DNA from: Candidatus Hadarchaeales archaeon
Lineage (GTDB): Archaea; Hadarchaeota; Hadarchaeia; Hadarchaeales; Hadarchaeaceae
Reading direction: 5' to 3'
DNA length: 32,000 bases
Assembly: GCA_038823825.1 (NCBI GenBank)
Contig: JAWBCC010000006.1
Coordinates: forward strand, 1-32,000
In this document: positions 1 to 8,808 of the stretch, one piece after another
Layout of the letters: each line of letters starts with the position of its first letter
Position numbering within the stretch: the first letter of the stretch is position 1
Notes under the pieces: model-generated
The model's database searches: none
What the model saw: the letters and a program-made list of their open reading frames with translations, nothing else
Told to the model about the DNA's origin: nothing
Made by a program: the position numbers and the translations under genes

Positions 1-1672
1 TAGTATCGTGGGCATAAACATACTTTCTGCCCGACAATATGTTTTCAGCGTAGCAAGCGGCTCCATTTGTCAAAAGTCCAGGCCAGGCCGCCATATTTTC
101 CCAGTTTTCCTCCGAGAACGAGCAGATCTCTGAGCGGAGGGACTTCGCACACATCGTTACCTGAATTGTTCTGAGATCCATACCAATATCTCGCACGACC
201 AGCGTAAACGTCTGCCATAAGTAAGGAGTCCATTCTCTCTCGCTGATAATCAAACTATCGACTGCTGGTGCATATGGGGCTGGAGACACCGAGGTGAGAC
301 CAGAGAGAATTTGTTGATTGTAGTAGGATTGGGTGGGCACTTCCTCAAACTCCAGCTCAAAACATTCGTACAGATTTGTACCGACGTTTGAAGAAAAGAA
401 ACTATCTCCTAAGTTTGTAAGGGAAGATCCATCCCAAATCAAGGCACCAAGTTTAAGCTCAGAGTTTAATCTTGCTCCTAAAATCTTCACTTCGTCAGGT
501 TTCCAGTTTAGATTTCGCCGGAGCTGAATCCAAGAATCTCCTCCGAAAGCTTCCACCGAAGATGAGGACGACCAGCCAAGACCCGGCTCCCATACCTTAT
601 ATTTGATGTCGCTGGTGGTTATATCGTCATAAACAAGTAAACATCTACCTCCGGTTGGTTCCCATTCCAAATCAAACGACCTTAAGTCATCATTTTCAAG
701 AGATGCCGTGTGTTCCGGGTGAACCTCCCAAGATGATCCGTTCCATAATGCTGTGTTCAGATCTTCGGCTCCATCCAGGATTCCCAACATTAGATTGTTC
801 GATCTCGGATCCGATTTTAGGACTAGGTGATATGCCGTGCCGTCCATCGCCGAAACCACCAGTTGCATAGAATTATCTCCTTCCCAACTCGTTCCTAACC
901 ATCTGCGGTATCTGAGATTGTCCGTGGCTTCGCCTACAACAAACATCGCATAACCGCTTTGACTCTCATATGCTACCGCCGCCGGTTGTTTTTCTGGATT
1001 CTCCGTATCATGCCAAAGCTGAACCTCATTCGTCCAAGCGCTTCCGTTCCATATCAAACCGATAGAGTTTTCCCCGCTGAGCGTGGCCACGAGCGCAATC
1101 TCGTTGGAATTTGGCTTGCTCGCCATCTGCATGTACCTGAAATAGCCCGATGATGTGATAGTGTCGTAGTAACTTTCCGCCGACCAATTAGAACCGTCCC
1201 ATATCCTATATCTAAACCTCCTAGGAGTAGTTGTTGCCCATACTAGAATCGCTCTACCGGAATTTTGCTCGTATGCTATGTCAAAGCACTTCGCTACCGC
1301 TTGGTATGAACCAACAAAAGCAAAATTGTTCCACACTTGCCACGTACTTCCAGTCCAGATATAAACATCCAGGTAAGCGTCATCACATAACACCACAACG
1401 ATTTTCTCATTTTCTCTCTCGGGGAGCGGACAGTATGCTACTCTAACCCATCTGATGGAGCTCCCGGCAGATGGGAGCTCTATCTCTTCACCCCAACTTG
1501 CTCCATCGTATGCTCTCATTTTTGGGATGTTTTCGCCCGCTCCAGAAACGGATCTATAGACGATCAGGGCTCCACTTCTTTTCAACGGATTCGATGGAGC
1601 GTGAACCACCCCTACATCGACTAAACCAATAATACAACATACCAACAAGACTAAAGCTAGATATTTTCTCAT
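1..1672 (-). CDS. Exported W-x-G-S/T-x-W repeat protein, predicted 8-bladed beta-propeller-like; partial (C-terminus lies beyond the left edge); function unknown
   Basis: Not in the ORF track because there is no stop in the window. I walked the frame codon by codon: ATG at 1672-1670, then no TAA/TAG/TGA down to position 2 (557 codons). The N-terminus MRKYLALVLLVCCIIGLVDVGVVHA/PS looks like a Sec signal peptide. Motifs YDGASW(60), WTGSTW(111), WDGSNW(163), WNGSAW(213), WLGTSW(263), WNGSSW(315), WEPGLGW(367) and WDGSSL(418) recur every 50-52 aa. Confidence 0.8.
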   Translation of the reverse strand, partial: MRKYLALVLLVCCIIGLVDVGVVHAPSNPLKRSGALIVYRSVSGAGENIPKMRAYDGASWGEEIELPSAGSSIRWVRVAYCPLPERENEKIVVVLCDDAYLDVYIWTGSTWQVWNNFAFVGSYQAVAKCFDIAYEQNSGRAILVWATTTPRRFRYRIWDGSNWSAESYYDTITSSGYFRYMQMASKPNSNEIALVATLSGENSIGLIWNGSAWTNEVQLWHDTENPEKQPAAVAYESQSGYAMFVVGEATDNLRYRRWLGTSWEGDNSMQLVVSAMDGTAYHLVLKSDPRSNNLMLGILDGAEDLNTALWNGSSWEVHPEHTASLENDDLRSFDLEWEPTGGRCLLVYDDITTSDIKYKVWEPGLGWSSSSSVEAFGGDSWIQLRRNLNWKPDEVKILGARLNSELKLGALIWDGSSLTNLGDSFFSSNVGTNLYECFELEFEEVPTQSYYNQQILSGLTSVSPAPYAPAVDSLIISEREWTPYLWQTFTLVVRDIGMDLRTIQVTMCAKSLRSEICSFSEENWENMAAWPGLLTNGAACYAENILSGRKYVYAHDT

Positions 1673-1758
1673 CCAGCCCCAAGAAACTATCAAATGATGG
1701 AAATTAATATTTTTCGGTTCAGTCACAGAGAAAAGTAATGACTAAAGCTGGGATTTTT

Positions 1759-4700
1759 TTAACCAAATATCTTCGGGAGTACGACAAATTTCAAAACTGT
1801 AAACACTGCAACCAAGCCAATGATGATACTTACAATGATTACGGTCGGTATGGTCGACGTAGGCATTTCAGTTTTTATTACACTGATCGCTGTCGTAAGA
1901 CCGTCAACCGAAATTATGTGCTCACCTATTTCGTTTAACTGTAGCTGGAAGGTGATCGTCCTTCTTTGTCCTGCCTCAAGTGTTACTTTTCGATTGTCTT
2001 TCACTTCCCCATTTACCTTCAAAACTATCGTGTATTCACCAGAAGCTGTGCCGATGTTGGCGATGTCTACAAAAATTGTTACTTGTTCGCCCACTCTAAC
2101 ATTTTCTTTCGAAAGTCTTAGGTTTTCAACAATGAAGCGCGGAATCGGGACCAACTGCACTTCTACCAAATGCTCAACTGTTTGAGAAACGTTTCCCGCA
2201 GCGTCCCTCCCCCTCACAGAAATCCGGTGAAAACCGATGTCCACCTCTGCCGAGAAAGTGAAAGAAATGCTTTGCGCCGGGGTTATGTTCTCTATGCTTA
2301 TCCAATCACCGTTATCTATGCTGTATTCGATTGCCACTACGTACGTTGTATTGTCTCTGGCTTCACCAGCATAAACTAGCAGATTATCATATGTTACATC
2401 AGGCGGCGTTTGCGTTAGGTAAACAACTGGTGGAGTCGTGTCGATTATTATGCTGTAAATGCTTGAAATAATCTCACCAAAATCTCCAAAGAGGATAATC
2501 TTCCACCAATATTTTCCATCAGTAAGCGGAAGTGGTGTGTAAGAGGTTTCCCCCGCCCCGAGCATGACGTCCACAACCAAATTGTCAAACTCTCGATCAG
2601 ATGCTATGAGCAATCTTGCGCCCGTGGCTCCCGATGGCATTTCCCACCTGAAAGTCGGCTGATTTCTAGATACTATGGTTCCATCCGGTGGGTATAGCGA
2701 TAGCGGTGTTCTCGAGAGTACATACATTTTCCCGGCCTCGGCAGAGAAAACACGAAGTCCTGATGAACTGTCATACATCATTACAACATCCTCGCCCGAG
2801 TCCGTTTTCACTTGAAATAGAGAGGAAACTTCACCTCCGAGACCACAGCGATAACTGCCTTCGAGTGCCAATAGTCTAAAGGTTATCTGATTGTTTTTCT
2901 GCAGTACCTCGGCCGGAGCATCGGTGTAGATAAAAAGATCATTGCCGATGGGGTGGAACTGAAGCAAAGCAAGTTCGGGAAGCATGCCGGCGCAGTACGG
3001 AGGTTGACTTATCGCTCCCAATTTCTCGTCTACTCTAGATATCCCAAAACCCTCAAGAGGGATGAACCAGTTCGGATTTACTGGCAGAGACCACTCCTTC
3101 GGTATCCCGGTGTAGATATTTGATTTGTCTGTATGGAATGGCGCAAGAGAATCTCTCGCAGACGTTCCTTTATATCGCAAAAGTTCTGAAGTAAGCTGTG
3201 CGGCTTCCGGCATCAGAACATCACGGCCTTCTTTGAGGTAAAGATAGAGATACTTTATGAGTGCCTGCTCTTCCCAACCATTGGCATATGAGAGGTTCGG
3301 CCTAGCACTAGTCAGGAGAAATATAATTCTATTTTCATAGTTTTGGACCCCCCAACGGAAATCCGGATTGAACAGCCAGGAATCCCTCAAAATCGTGGCG
3401 AGCGGTATGTATGAACCTTCCAGATAACGGAGATCTCCGGTTATTTCATAAAGTCTGAGTAAAGCCAGTGCTCCTATGGGTGTTGCAAAAAACTCGTATG
3501 AAAATTCAAATCCCATGTTCAGCAGAGCTTCGGCAGCTCTTTTCGCTTCGTTCAAAAATTCGATATTGTCCGTGAACTTATAGTAATAAAGCATTATGAA
3601 AATATATTGGCCAACAGCCTCAAATTGATACCCCCCATCTTCTATCGGAGCACTATTGTAGACATTCACGCGGAACGTAAATATGTAGTCGACGCCCCTT
3701 CCCAAATCCATAATGACGTCGGCTGTGTCAACAAACATACTCTTGACATTTTCGGAGCCAAAGTATTCAGCGTAAATCGCCCACTCGCAATAGTCGTAGA
3801 GAAAATGAACCGGCTCAACCGTTCCTCCCCCTCCGAAAATTCCTCGACTCCCTTTCGCATTCACGTAATTTGGATTGTATTTCCCTGCGATTATCCTCTC
3901 CGCGTTCTCCGTGAATTTTAAAGCATTCTCTGACTTGAATTTATCAGCATAAATGGAGTAGGAGGTAATGCCATAGGGGTGAAGACCACCACTTCTGCCG
4001 ATCTTAGCGAGTTCAGCGTTCTGTTCTTTGAGATCCCTTATGGAGTTCTCAACTACTCCGGGCCAATAAGTGTACACTGTCTGCGGTTTCTCAACTAGTT
4101 GGTAAATAGCATAAAGGTTTTTGATGAATATCTTCATGTACTCTATTGTACTGTAAACGCTCGGACATGCTGGATAAAGTGAAAAAATACCGTTGGAGAC
4201 CAACAGATTGAAGTTTTCCGGCAAGATTCCCTTGTTAGAGGGCACATCATAACCGAAGGTTATGGGCAACGTTTTGGATGTTCGGAAGAATCCTGGAGGT
4301 TGCCGAACTACGTCATTCGAATGGTGAGTGTAACCATCTATAACCGTGAAAAAGTTTCCAGAATATTGGAAGAACCTGTTCAGAGAGGTGAAGTCGCAGT
4401 AGTAAAGAAATGTAGATTTCAAAACTGTTGGGTCTCCAAAAAATATGAACTGATTTAGATCACGGCAGTATTCGTCGTGCAAGCCACCGCTCCAAGCGTT
4501 TGGAAGTCCATCGAGGTAATCTCTGAGTAAGGGATCTATGTTCGAGCCCGCGTTATCGGTATAACGGAACTCCGGATATACTCCGGAAAAGAAACTCTGA
4601 GAAATATTGGATGACGGTCTTATATACAGCCTATAATTGACTGTTCTCGGCAAATCCTTGGGAAGGATCACCTGAACCTCGTATTGACCCCAAGAGAGCG

Positions 4701-6513
4701 TGCCTACTATTTTCCCTGTTATAGCGTTTTCCATGTTTTCGACCGTAACTCCAAACACGTTAGACGGACTGAGCACTTGTAGGTATGGGTCCCCTCCACC
4801 AGGAACTAGCCTAAGAATCCTCGATGGTCCGGAGTTTTCGGGGTAAATTGAGATATATTCCTGAGATTTTCTGTACTCTATTATGTATTCACCTGTTCTG
4901 AAGGTGAAACCGTTTTCATCTTGATTGAGTACGTTCACATCTACTATCTCAAACATGAAAACCGGAGAGGGAGTTTTTCTTCCGGATTTTCCAACTGCAA
5001 GTACTTGCCAGCTGTGTGTACCTATCGAAAGCGGTTGAGTTGTGTATTCGGTCAAACCTGCTGGGGTGTTTTCAACATTTATTCCGTCAATCCAAATTTC
5101 ATAATGTGAAATTTCTTCGCCATCCGTTTTCGCATTTTCCCAAACTAGTTTCGGAGTTCTATTAGAGATTGTTCTTCCATTCCAGGGTGAAAGTAGATTA
5201 AACGGAGATGGTTTTGGCCTAGTGTCTACCCTAAACCAGCGAACCTCGGAGGGTGTTTCTCCATTATCATTTACTGATAGCAGACGCCAGTAGTATGTAC
5301 CATCGGATAAAGGTATCAGAGTCTGATAGTTACGCCGATCAGCATCTAGAGTCTCGCTGATGATTATCTCCGTAAAATCTTGGCTTGCTGAGATCTGCAG
5401 TACCTGACGTGAGGTGATTGGAGAGGGCGTCCATTCGAAACTGGGATTTCGTCCGGTTGTTTCCCCATTCATTGGAGATTTGAGAGTTGCTGGAGGAGGA
5501 GGTCCGGGCCACACTTCTTCAGATCCAACAGAGACCTGGGGCTCGGAACTCGAATACCTGCGGACAAAGAACCAGTCAAAGTGATAAGAAGAAGTGCCTC
5601 CACTATCCCAAACGGCTAGGTTGTATTTGTCGCAGTAGTTATTTGCGTCTGTCAGAGGGTTCCAATTGTTGGTTTTCTCAGAAGATACCCAGAGAATCTG
5701 TCTGTAGTTTTGATTGTCTTCGCCGAAAAGAAATCTCGTTCGAATTTTGTTATTTAAATAAAGGAAGACCTGTCCAATATACCATTTGCCCTGTTCCACA
5801 ATCGCTGGAGATTGCTCACCGTCGGAGAAAAAGCGAATTCCGGAAATATTATGAATGCAGGCATATTCTTTTTGACCACCAAAGTTTCCTGGACCGCTCA
5901 GAACAAGACCTCCACGGTAAGCAGATCTGGCTCTAACTCTGAACTCCAAGACGCGCTCGACAGACATTTCAGATGAGGGCGGTTTCTTTTCTATTTTTGT
6001 CATGGAATCTCCAAAATCGAAAAGTGTGACGTGCTCACCTCTCCAGCCCACGCCGAAGGTGTTCACAACTCCCCACGCCTTCCGGTTTCTGTAACCTCCA
6101 AAGTCGTCGAAGAAGAGGAAGACATCTTCACCGTTCTCCGCGCTCTCAGCGTTCTGGTTTCCGTAATACATCCAGATTTCGCTGTCTGAGTTCTCAAGCC
6201 TTCTCACCCAGACAACGTTTGTGTATTCTCCCTCGTTTTTTTCAATCCAGTAGGGAAGAATCCCTCCCGTTTCATTTTCCAAAAATCTCATGCTAGGATA
6301 TGCAATTTTGGGAATCTCTGGCGGAATGACGATTTTTATCTGGAAATTCTCCGGGTGAGAGCCACTTATTATAATTTTTCTTCTGTAGGGCCAGTTATCA
6401 TTCCACCAAGAGGGAGCCTGAGAATCCGAAGGGACCTCGGGAAAACAAATCGGCACGACTGAAAGCAGTATTATGAATGAAAGAGATAGGACAAAGATTC
6501 TGTGTGGCTTCAT
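1759..6513 (-). CDS. Giant (1584 aa) exported, C-terminally membrane-anchored multidomain protein with DUF2341-like/LamG-like N-region, Fn3/Ig-like repeats, helical-hairpin core and CARDB-like domain
   Basis: ORF track, ATG start. Signal/anchor sequence MKPHRIFVLSLSFIILLSVVPICF. Residues ~35-140 carry the motif string W..WPYRRKIIIS..MRFLE..YWIE..VWVR..IWMYYGN, which I recognise as DUF2341-like, followed by a concanavalin/LamG-like stretch. Three ~90-aa beta-sandwich repeats share SP-x-(N/D)G..P-x-F-x-W..DG-x-Y(Y/W)W (aa 341-432, 436-524, 1269-1358). The central ~740 aa include alpha-hairpin signatures (LLRLYEITGDLRYLE). An Ig-like module spans aa 1359-1452 and a CARDB-like module aa 1455-1546 (VGEQVTIFVDIANIGTASG). 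The protein ends in a Thr/Pro linker plus TM helix (aa ~1556-1578). Confidence 0.85.
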   Translation of the reverse strand: MKPHRIFVLSLSFIILLSVVPICFPEVPSDSQAPSWWNDNWPYRRKIIISGSHPENFQIKIVIPPEIPKIAYPSMRFLENETGGILPYWIEKNEGEYTNVVWVRRLENSDSEIWMYYGNQNAESAENGEDVFLFFDDFGGYRNRKAWGVVNTFGVGWRGEHVTLFDFGDSMTKIEKKPPSSEMSVERVLEFRVRARSAYRGGLVLSGPGNFGGQKEYACIHNISGIRFFSDGEQSPAIVEQGKWYIGQVFLYLNNKIRTRFLFGEDNQNYRQILWVSSEKTNNWNPLTDANNYCDKYNLAVWDSGGTSSYHFDWFFVRRYSSSEPQVSVGSEEVWPGPPPPATLKSPMNGETTGRNPSFEWTPSPITSRQVLQISASQDFTEIIISETLDADRRNYQTLIPLSDGTYYWRLLSVNDNGETPSEVRWFRVDTRPKPSPFNLLSPWNGRTISNRTPKLVWENAKTDGEEISHYEIWIDGINVENTPAGLTEYTTQPLSIGTHSWQVLAVGKSGRKTPSPVFMFEIVDVNVLNQDENGFTFRTGEYIIEYRKSQEYISIYPENSGPSRILRLVPGGGDPYLQVLSPSNVFGVTVENMENAITGKIVGTLSWGQYEVQVILPKDLPRTVNYRLYIRPSSNISQSFFSGVYPEFRYTDNAGSNIDPLLRDYLDGLPNAWSGGLHDEYCRDLNQFIFFGDPTVLKSTFLYYCDFTSLNRFFQYSGNFFTVIDGYTHHSNDVVRQPPGFFRTSKTLPITFGYDVPSNKGILPENFNLLVSNGIFSLYPACPSVYSTIEYMKIFIKNLYAIYQLVEKPQTVYTYWPGVVENSIRDLKEQNAELAKIGRSGGLHPYGITSYSIYADKFKSENALKFTENAERIIAGKYNPNYVNAKGSRGIFGGGGTVEPVHFLYDYCEWAIYAEYFGSENVKSMFVDTADVIMDLGRGVDYIFTFRVNVYNSAPIEDGGYQFEAVGQYIFIMLYYYKFTDNIEFLNEAKRAAEALLNMGFEFSYEFFATPIGALALLRLYEITGDLRYLEGSYIPLATILRDSWLFNPDFRWGVQNYENRIIFLLTSARPNLSYANGWEEQALIKYLYLYLKEGRDVLMPEAAQLTSELLRYKGTSARDSLAPFHTDKSNIYTGIPKEWSLPVNPNWFIPLEGFGISRVDEKLGAISQPPYCAGMLPELALLQFHPIGNDLFIYTDAPAEVLQKNNQITFRLLALEGSYRCGLGGEVSSLFQVKTDSGEDVVMMYDSSSGLRVFSAEAGKMYVLSRTPLSLYPPDGTIVSRNQPTFRWEMPSGATGARLLIASDREFDNLVVDVMLGAGETSYTPLPLTDGKYWWKIILFGDFGEIISSIYSIIIDTTPPVVYLTQTPPDVTYDNLLVYAGEARDNTTYVVAIEYSIDNGDWISIENITPAQSISFTFSAEVDIGFHRISVRGRDAAGNVSQTVEHLVEVQLVPIPRFIVENLRLSKENVRVGEQVTIFVDIANIGTASGEYTIVLKVNGEVKDNRKVTLEAGQRRTITFQLQLNEIGEHIISVDGLTTAISVIKTEMPTSTIPTVIIVSIIIGLVAVFTVLKFVVLPKIFG

Positions 6514-6539
6514 GTATTTAATTTGTTGACATGTAAGTG

Positions 6540-6546
6540 TATAAAA
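6540..6546 (-). promoter_or_regulatory. TATA box (TTTTATA) for the 1584-aa surface protein gene; spacing implies a leaderless mRNA
   Basis: On the minus strand: aagaTTTTATAcacttacatgtcaacaaattaaatacATG. There are 26 nt between the box and the ATG at 6513, and no Shine-Dalgarno sequence. Confidence 0.45.
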
Positions 6547-6651
6547 TCTTTTCGTCGAAAAGCTGTAAACGAATCTTCGAACAGAATAAATTCCGAGTAG
6601 TGTGAAAAAGTTTTAAAGTGAATTGTTAAGACTTTTTCGAAGGTTGAGAAG

Positions 6652-8775
6652 ATGGTTGTAACTTACAGGAGCAAAGATAATATTGGTCTACCATCACTTC
6701 CTAAGAAAGTCAGAAAGAGAGGTGGACGGCTTCAGGATTTTGATCCTGAAAAAATCACACGGGGGATTTTCCGCGCCGCACAAGATGTAGGCGGAACTGA
6801 CAGAAGACTTGCCGAGATGATAACTCGAGAGGTTCTGGAAAAGCTTCCGAAAGAGGAGATAGTAGACACGAGAACAATTGGAGACATTGTTGAGAAAGTT
6901 CTAATAGAAAGAGGACATGCAAAAACAGCGAAAGCGTATATTCTCTATCGTAGACATAGAGAGGAGCTTCACCGTTTGAGATTAACATCGCTTGAGGTAG
7001 AGAGGCTAGTGGATGAGTATATTGGAAGAATAGATTGGCGAGTCAATGAAAACGCAAACGTTCCTGTATCTATGAGCGGCCTCGAACACCACGTGGCCGG
7101 AGTTGTTATCAGCAACTACACTTTATCGAGAGTATACCCGTTAGAGATATCTGATGCTCATGTGAATGGAGATTATCATATCCATGATCTTTATAGGGGG
7201 ATAACCGGATATTGCGCCGGTTGGAGTCTTCCAAAACTTTTGCAGGAAGGGTTTAACGGAGTTCCACACCGGGTGTCTTCAAAGCCGCCAAAACATCTTG
7301 ACACAGCACTTCTTCAGATGGTGAACTTCATTGGAACTCTTAGCAATGAGTGGGCTGGAGCAATGGCCTTTAACTCTGTCGACACTCTACTTGCTCCGTT
7401 TGTGAGAAAAGATAAACTCGATTATAAGCATGTTAAGCAAGCAATACAGACATTCGTGTTTAATTTGAACGTAACAACAAGATTTGGCGGTCAAACTCCA
7501 TTCACCAACATAACATTGGATTTAACGATTCCGGAAGATCTTGCTAACCAGCCCGCCATTGTTGGAGGCGAACCTTGGGAGCCCTATGGCGACTTCCAAG
7601 AGGAAGCAAACATGATTAACAGAGCTTTCTTGGAGGTTTTCATGGAAGGTGATGCGGACGGAAGACCGATGACATTTCCTATCCCAACTTATGGAATAAC
7701 TAAGGATTTCGAATGGGATTCCGATCTAGCCGATCTTCTGTTCGAAATGACTTCAAAATATGGACTGGCGTACTTCAGCAATTTCATCAGCTCGGATTTG
7801 CGACTGAGTGATGTTCGTTCTATGTGTTGTAGGCTTAGACTAGATCTAAGGGAACTAAGAAACAAGGTTGCTGGAGGTCTTTTCGGAGCGGCAGATGCTA
7901 CCGGTAGCGTTGGTGTTGTTACAATCAATCTTCCGAGAATTGGTTATCTCAGCAGAAACGAGGACGAGTTCTTTGAGAGACTGAGTTATATAATGGAGCT
8001 GGCGAAGAAATCGCTTGAGATAAAGCGCACGCTTGTGGAAAGAAATATGCAAAATGGGCTTCTTCCATATACCCTGAGATATCTTGGAACGCTCGAGAAT
8101 CACTTCTCCACAATAGGACTCGTCGGTATGCACGAGGCTTGCCTGAACTTGCTAGGAGTCGGAATAGACACACAGGAGGGGCATGAATTCGCGATAAAAG
8201 TTTTAGATTTCATGAGGGAGAGAATATCAGATTTTCAGGAAGAAACTGGCCATCTGTTTAACTTGGAAGCAACACCAGCTGAATCTACGTCTTACAGGCT
8301 GGCCCTTATCGACAAACAGAAGTATCCACAAATAAAAACCTCCGGATCTAAGACACCGTATTACACGAACTCTACACAACTCCCAGTCAACTATAAAATG
8401 ACTCTTGCAGAGGTCGTAAAGCATCAAGAGCCGCTGCAGGTTCGTTACACTGGAGGGACTGTGCTACATGTGTTTGTGGGTGAGGAAGCCCCAGACAAAA
8501 ACGGATGTAAGGTTTTAATCAGACGGATTTTCGAAAAGAGTAGATTACCTTATGTCACAATCACGCCAACGTTCTCGATATGTCCAGATCACGGATATAT
8601 GCGGGGAAAATATTATAACTGTCCCAAATGTGGAAAACAGGCAGAAGTTTACTCAAGAATTGTCGGTTATTTCAGACCTGTGCAAGATTGGAATGCGGGA
8701 AAGAAGGAAGAGTTCGAAGAAAGAAGTTACTACGACAGAAGAATCGAAGAAATCTCATCTAGAGTAGAGGTATAA
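6652..8775 (+). CDS. nrdD: Anaerobic ribonucleoside-triphosphate reductase (class III RNR), large subunit
   Basis: 707 aa. N-terminal ATP-cone (VRKRGGRLQDFDPEKITRGIFRAA...). Thiyl-Cys region SMCCRLRLD. C-terminal Zn ribbon CPDHG...CPKCG. Glycyl-radical motif SRIVGYFRPV. ATG preceded by GGTTGA plus 4 nt. Confidence 0.93.
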   Translation: MVVTYRSKDNIGLPSLPKKVRKRGGRLQDFDPEKITRGIFRAAQDVGGTDRRLAEMITREVLEKLPKEEIVDTRTIGDIVEKVLIERGHAKTAKAYILYRRHREELHRLRLTSLEVERLVDEYIGRIDWRVNENANVPVSMSGLEHHVAGVVISNYTLSRVYPLEISDAHVNGDYHIHDLYRGITGYCAGWSLPKLLQEGFNGVPHRVSSKPPKHLDTALLQMVNFIGTLSNEWAGAMAFNSVDTLLAPFVRKDKLDYKHVKQAIQTFVFNLNVTTRFGGQTPFTNITLDLTIPEDLANQPAIVGGEPWEPYGDFQEEANMINRAFLEVFMEGDADGRPMTFPIPTYGITKDFEWDSDLADLLFEMTSKYGLAYFSNFISSDLRLSDVRSMCCRLRLDLRELRNKVAGGLFGAADATGSVGVVTINLPRIGYLSRNEDEFFERLSYIMELAKKSLEIKRTLVERNMQNGLLPYTLRYLGTLENHFSTIGLVGMHEACLNLLGVGIDTQEGHEFAIKVLDFMRERISDFQEETGHLFNLEATPAESTSYRLALIDKQKYPQIKTSGSKTPYYTNSTQLPVNYKMTLAEVVKHQEPLQVRYTGGTVLHVFVGEEAPDKNGCKVLIRRIFEKSRLPYVTITPTFSICPDHGYMRGKYYNCPKCGKQAEVYSRIVGYFRPVQDWNAGKKEEFEERSYYDRRIEEISSRVEV

Positions 8776-8808
8776 ACTGTCAATATGAAGTAGTTCAGGG
8801 GACTTGGG

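Noticed and set aside
45-1446. Short ORFs listed at 45-233 (-), 333-527, 655-870, 959-1153 and 1231-1446 (+).
   Set aside because: All overlap the 557-codon open frame of the repeat protein, either in another frame or on the opposite strand. They have no motifs or initiation signals, whereas the long frame shows a signal peptide and regular repeats.
1673-1758. C/D-box sRNA-like elements (TGATGG at ~1694 and CTGA on the minus strand) in this and other intergenic spacers (21528-21738, 12316-12424).
   Set aside because: No spacer contains a properly ordered and spaced C (RUGAUGA)/D' /C'/D (CUGA) set with a terminal stem. These are isolated partial matches only.
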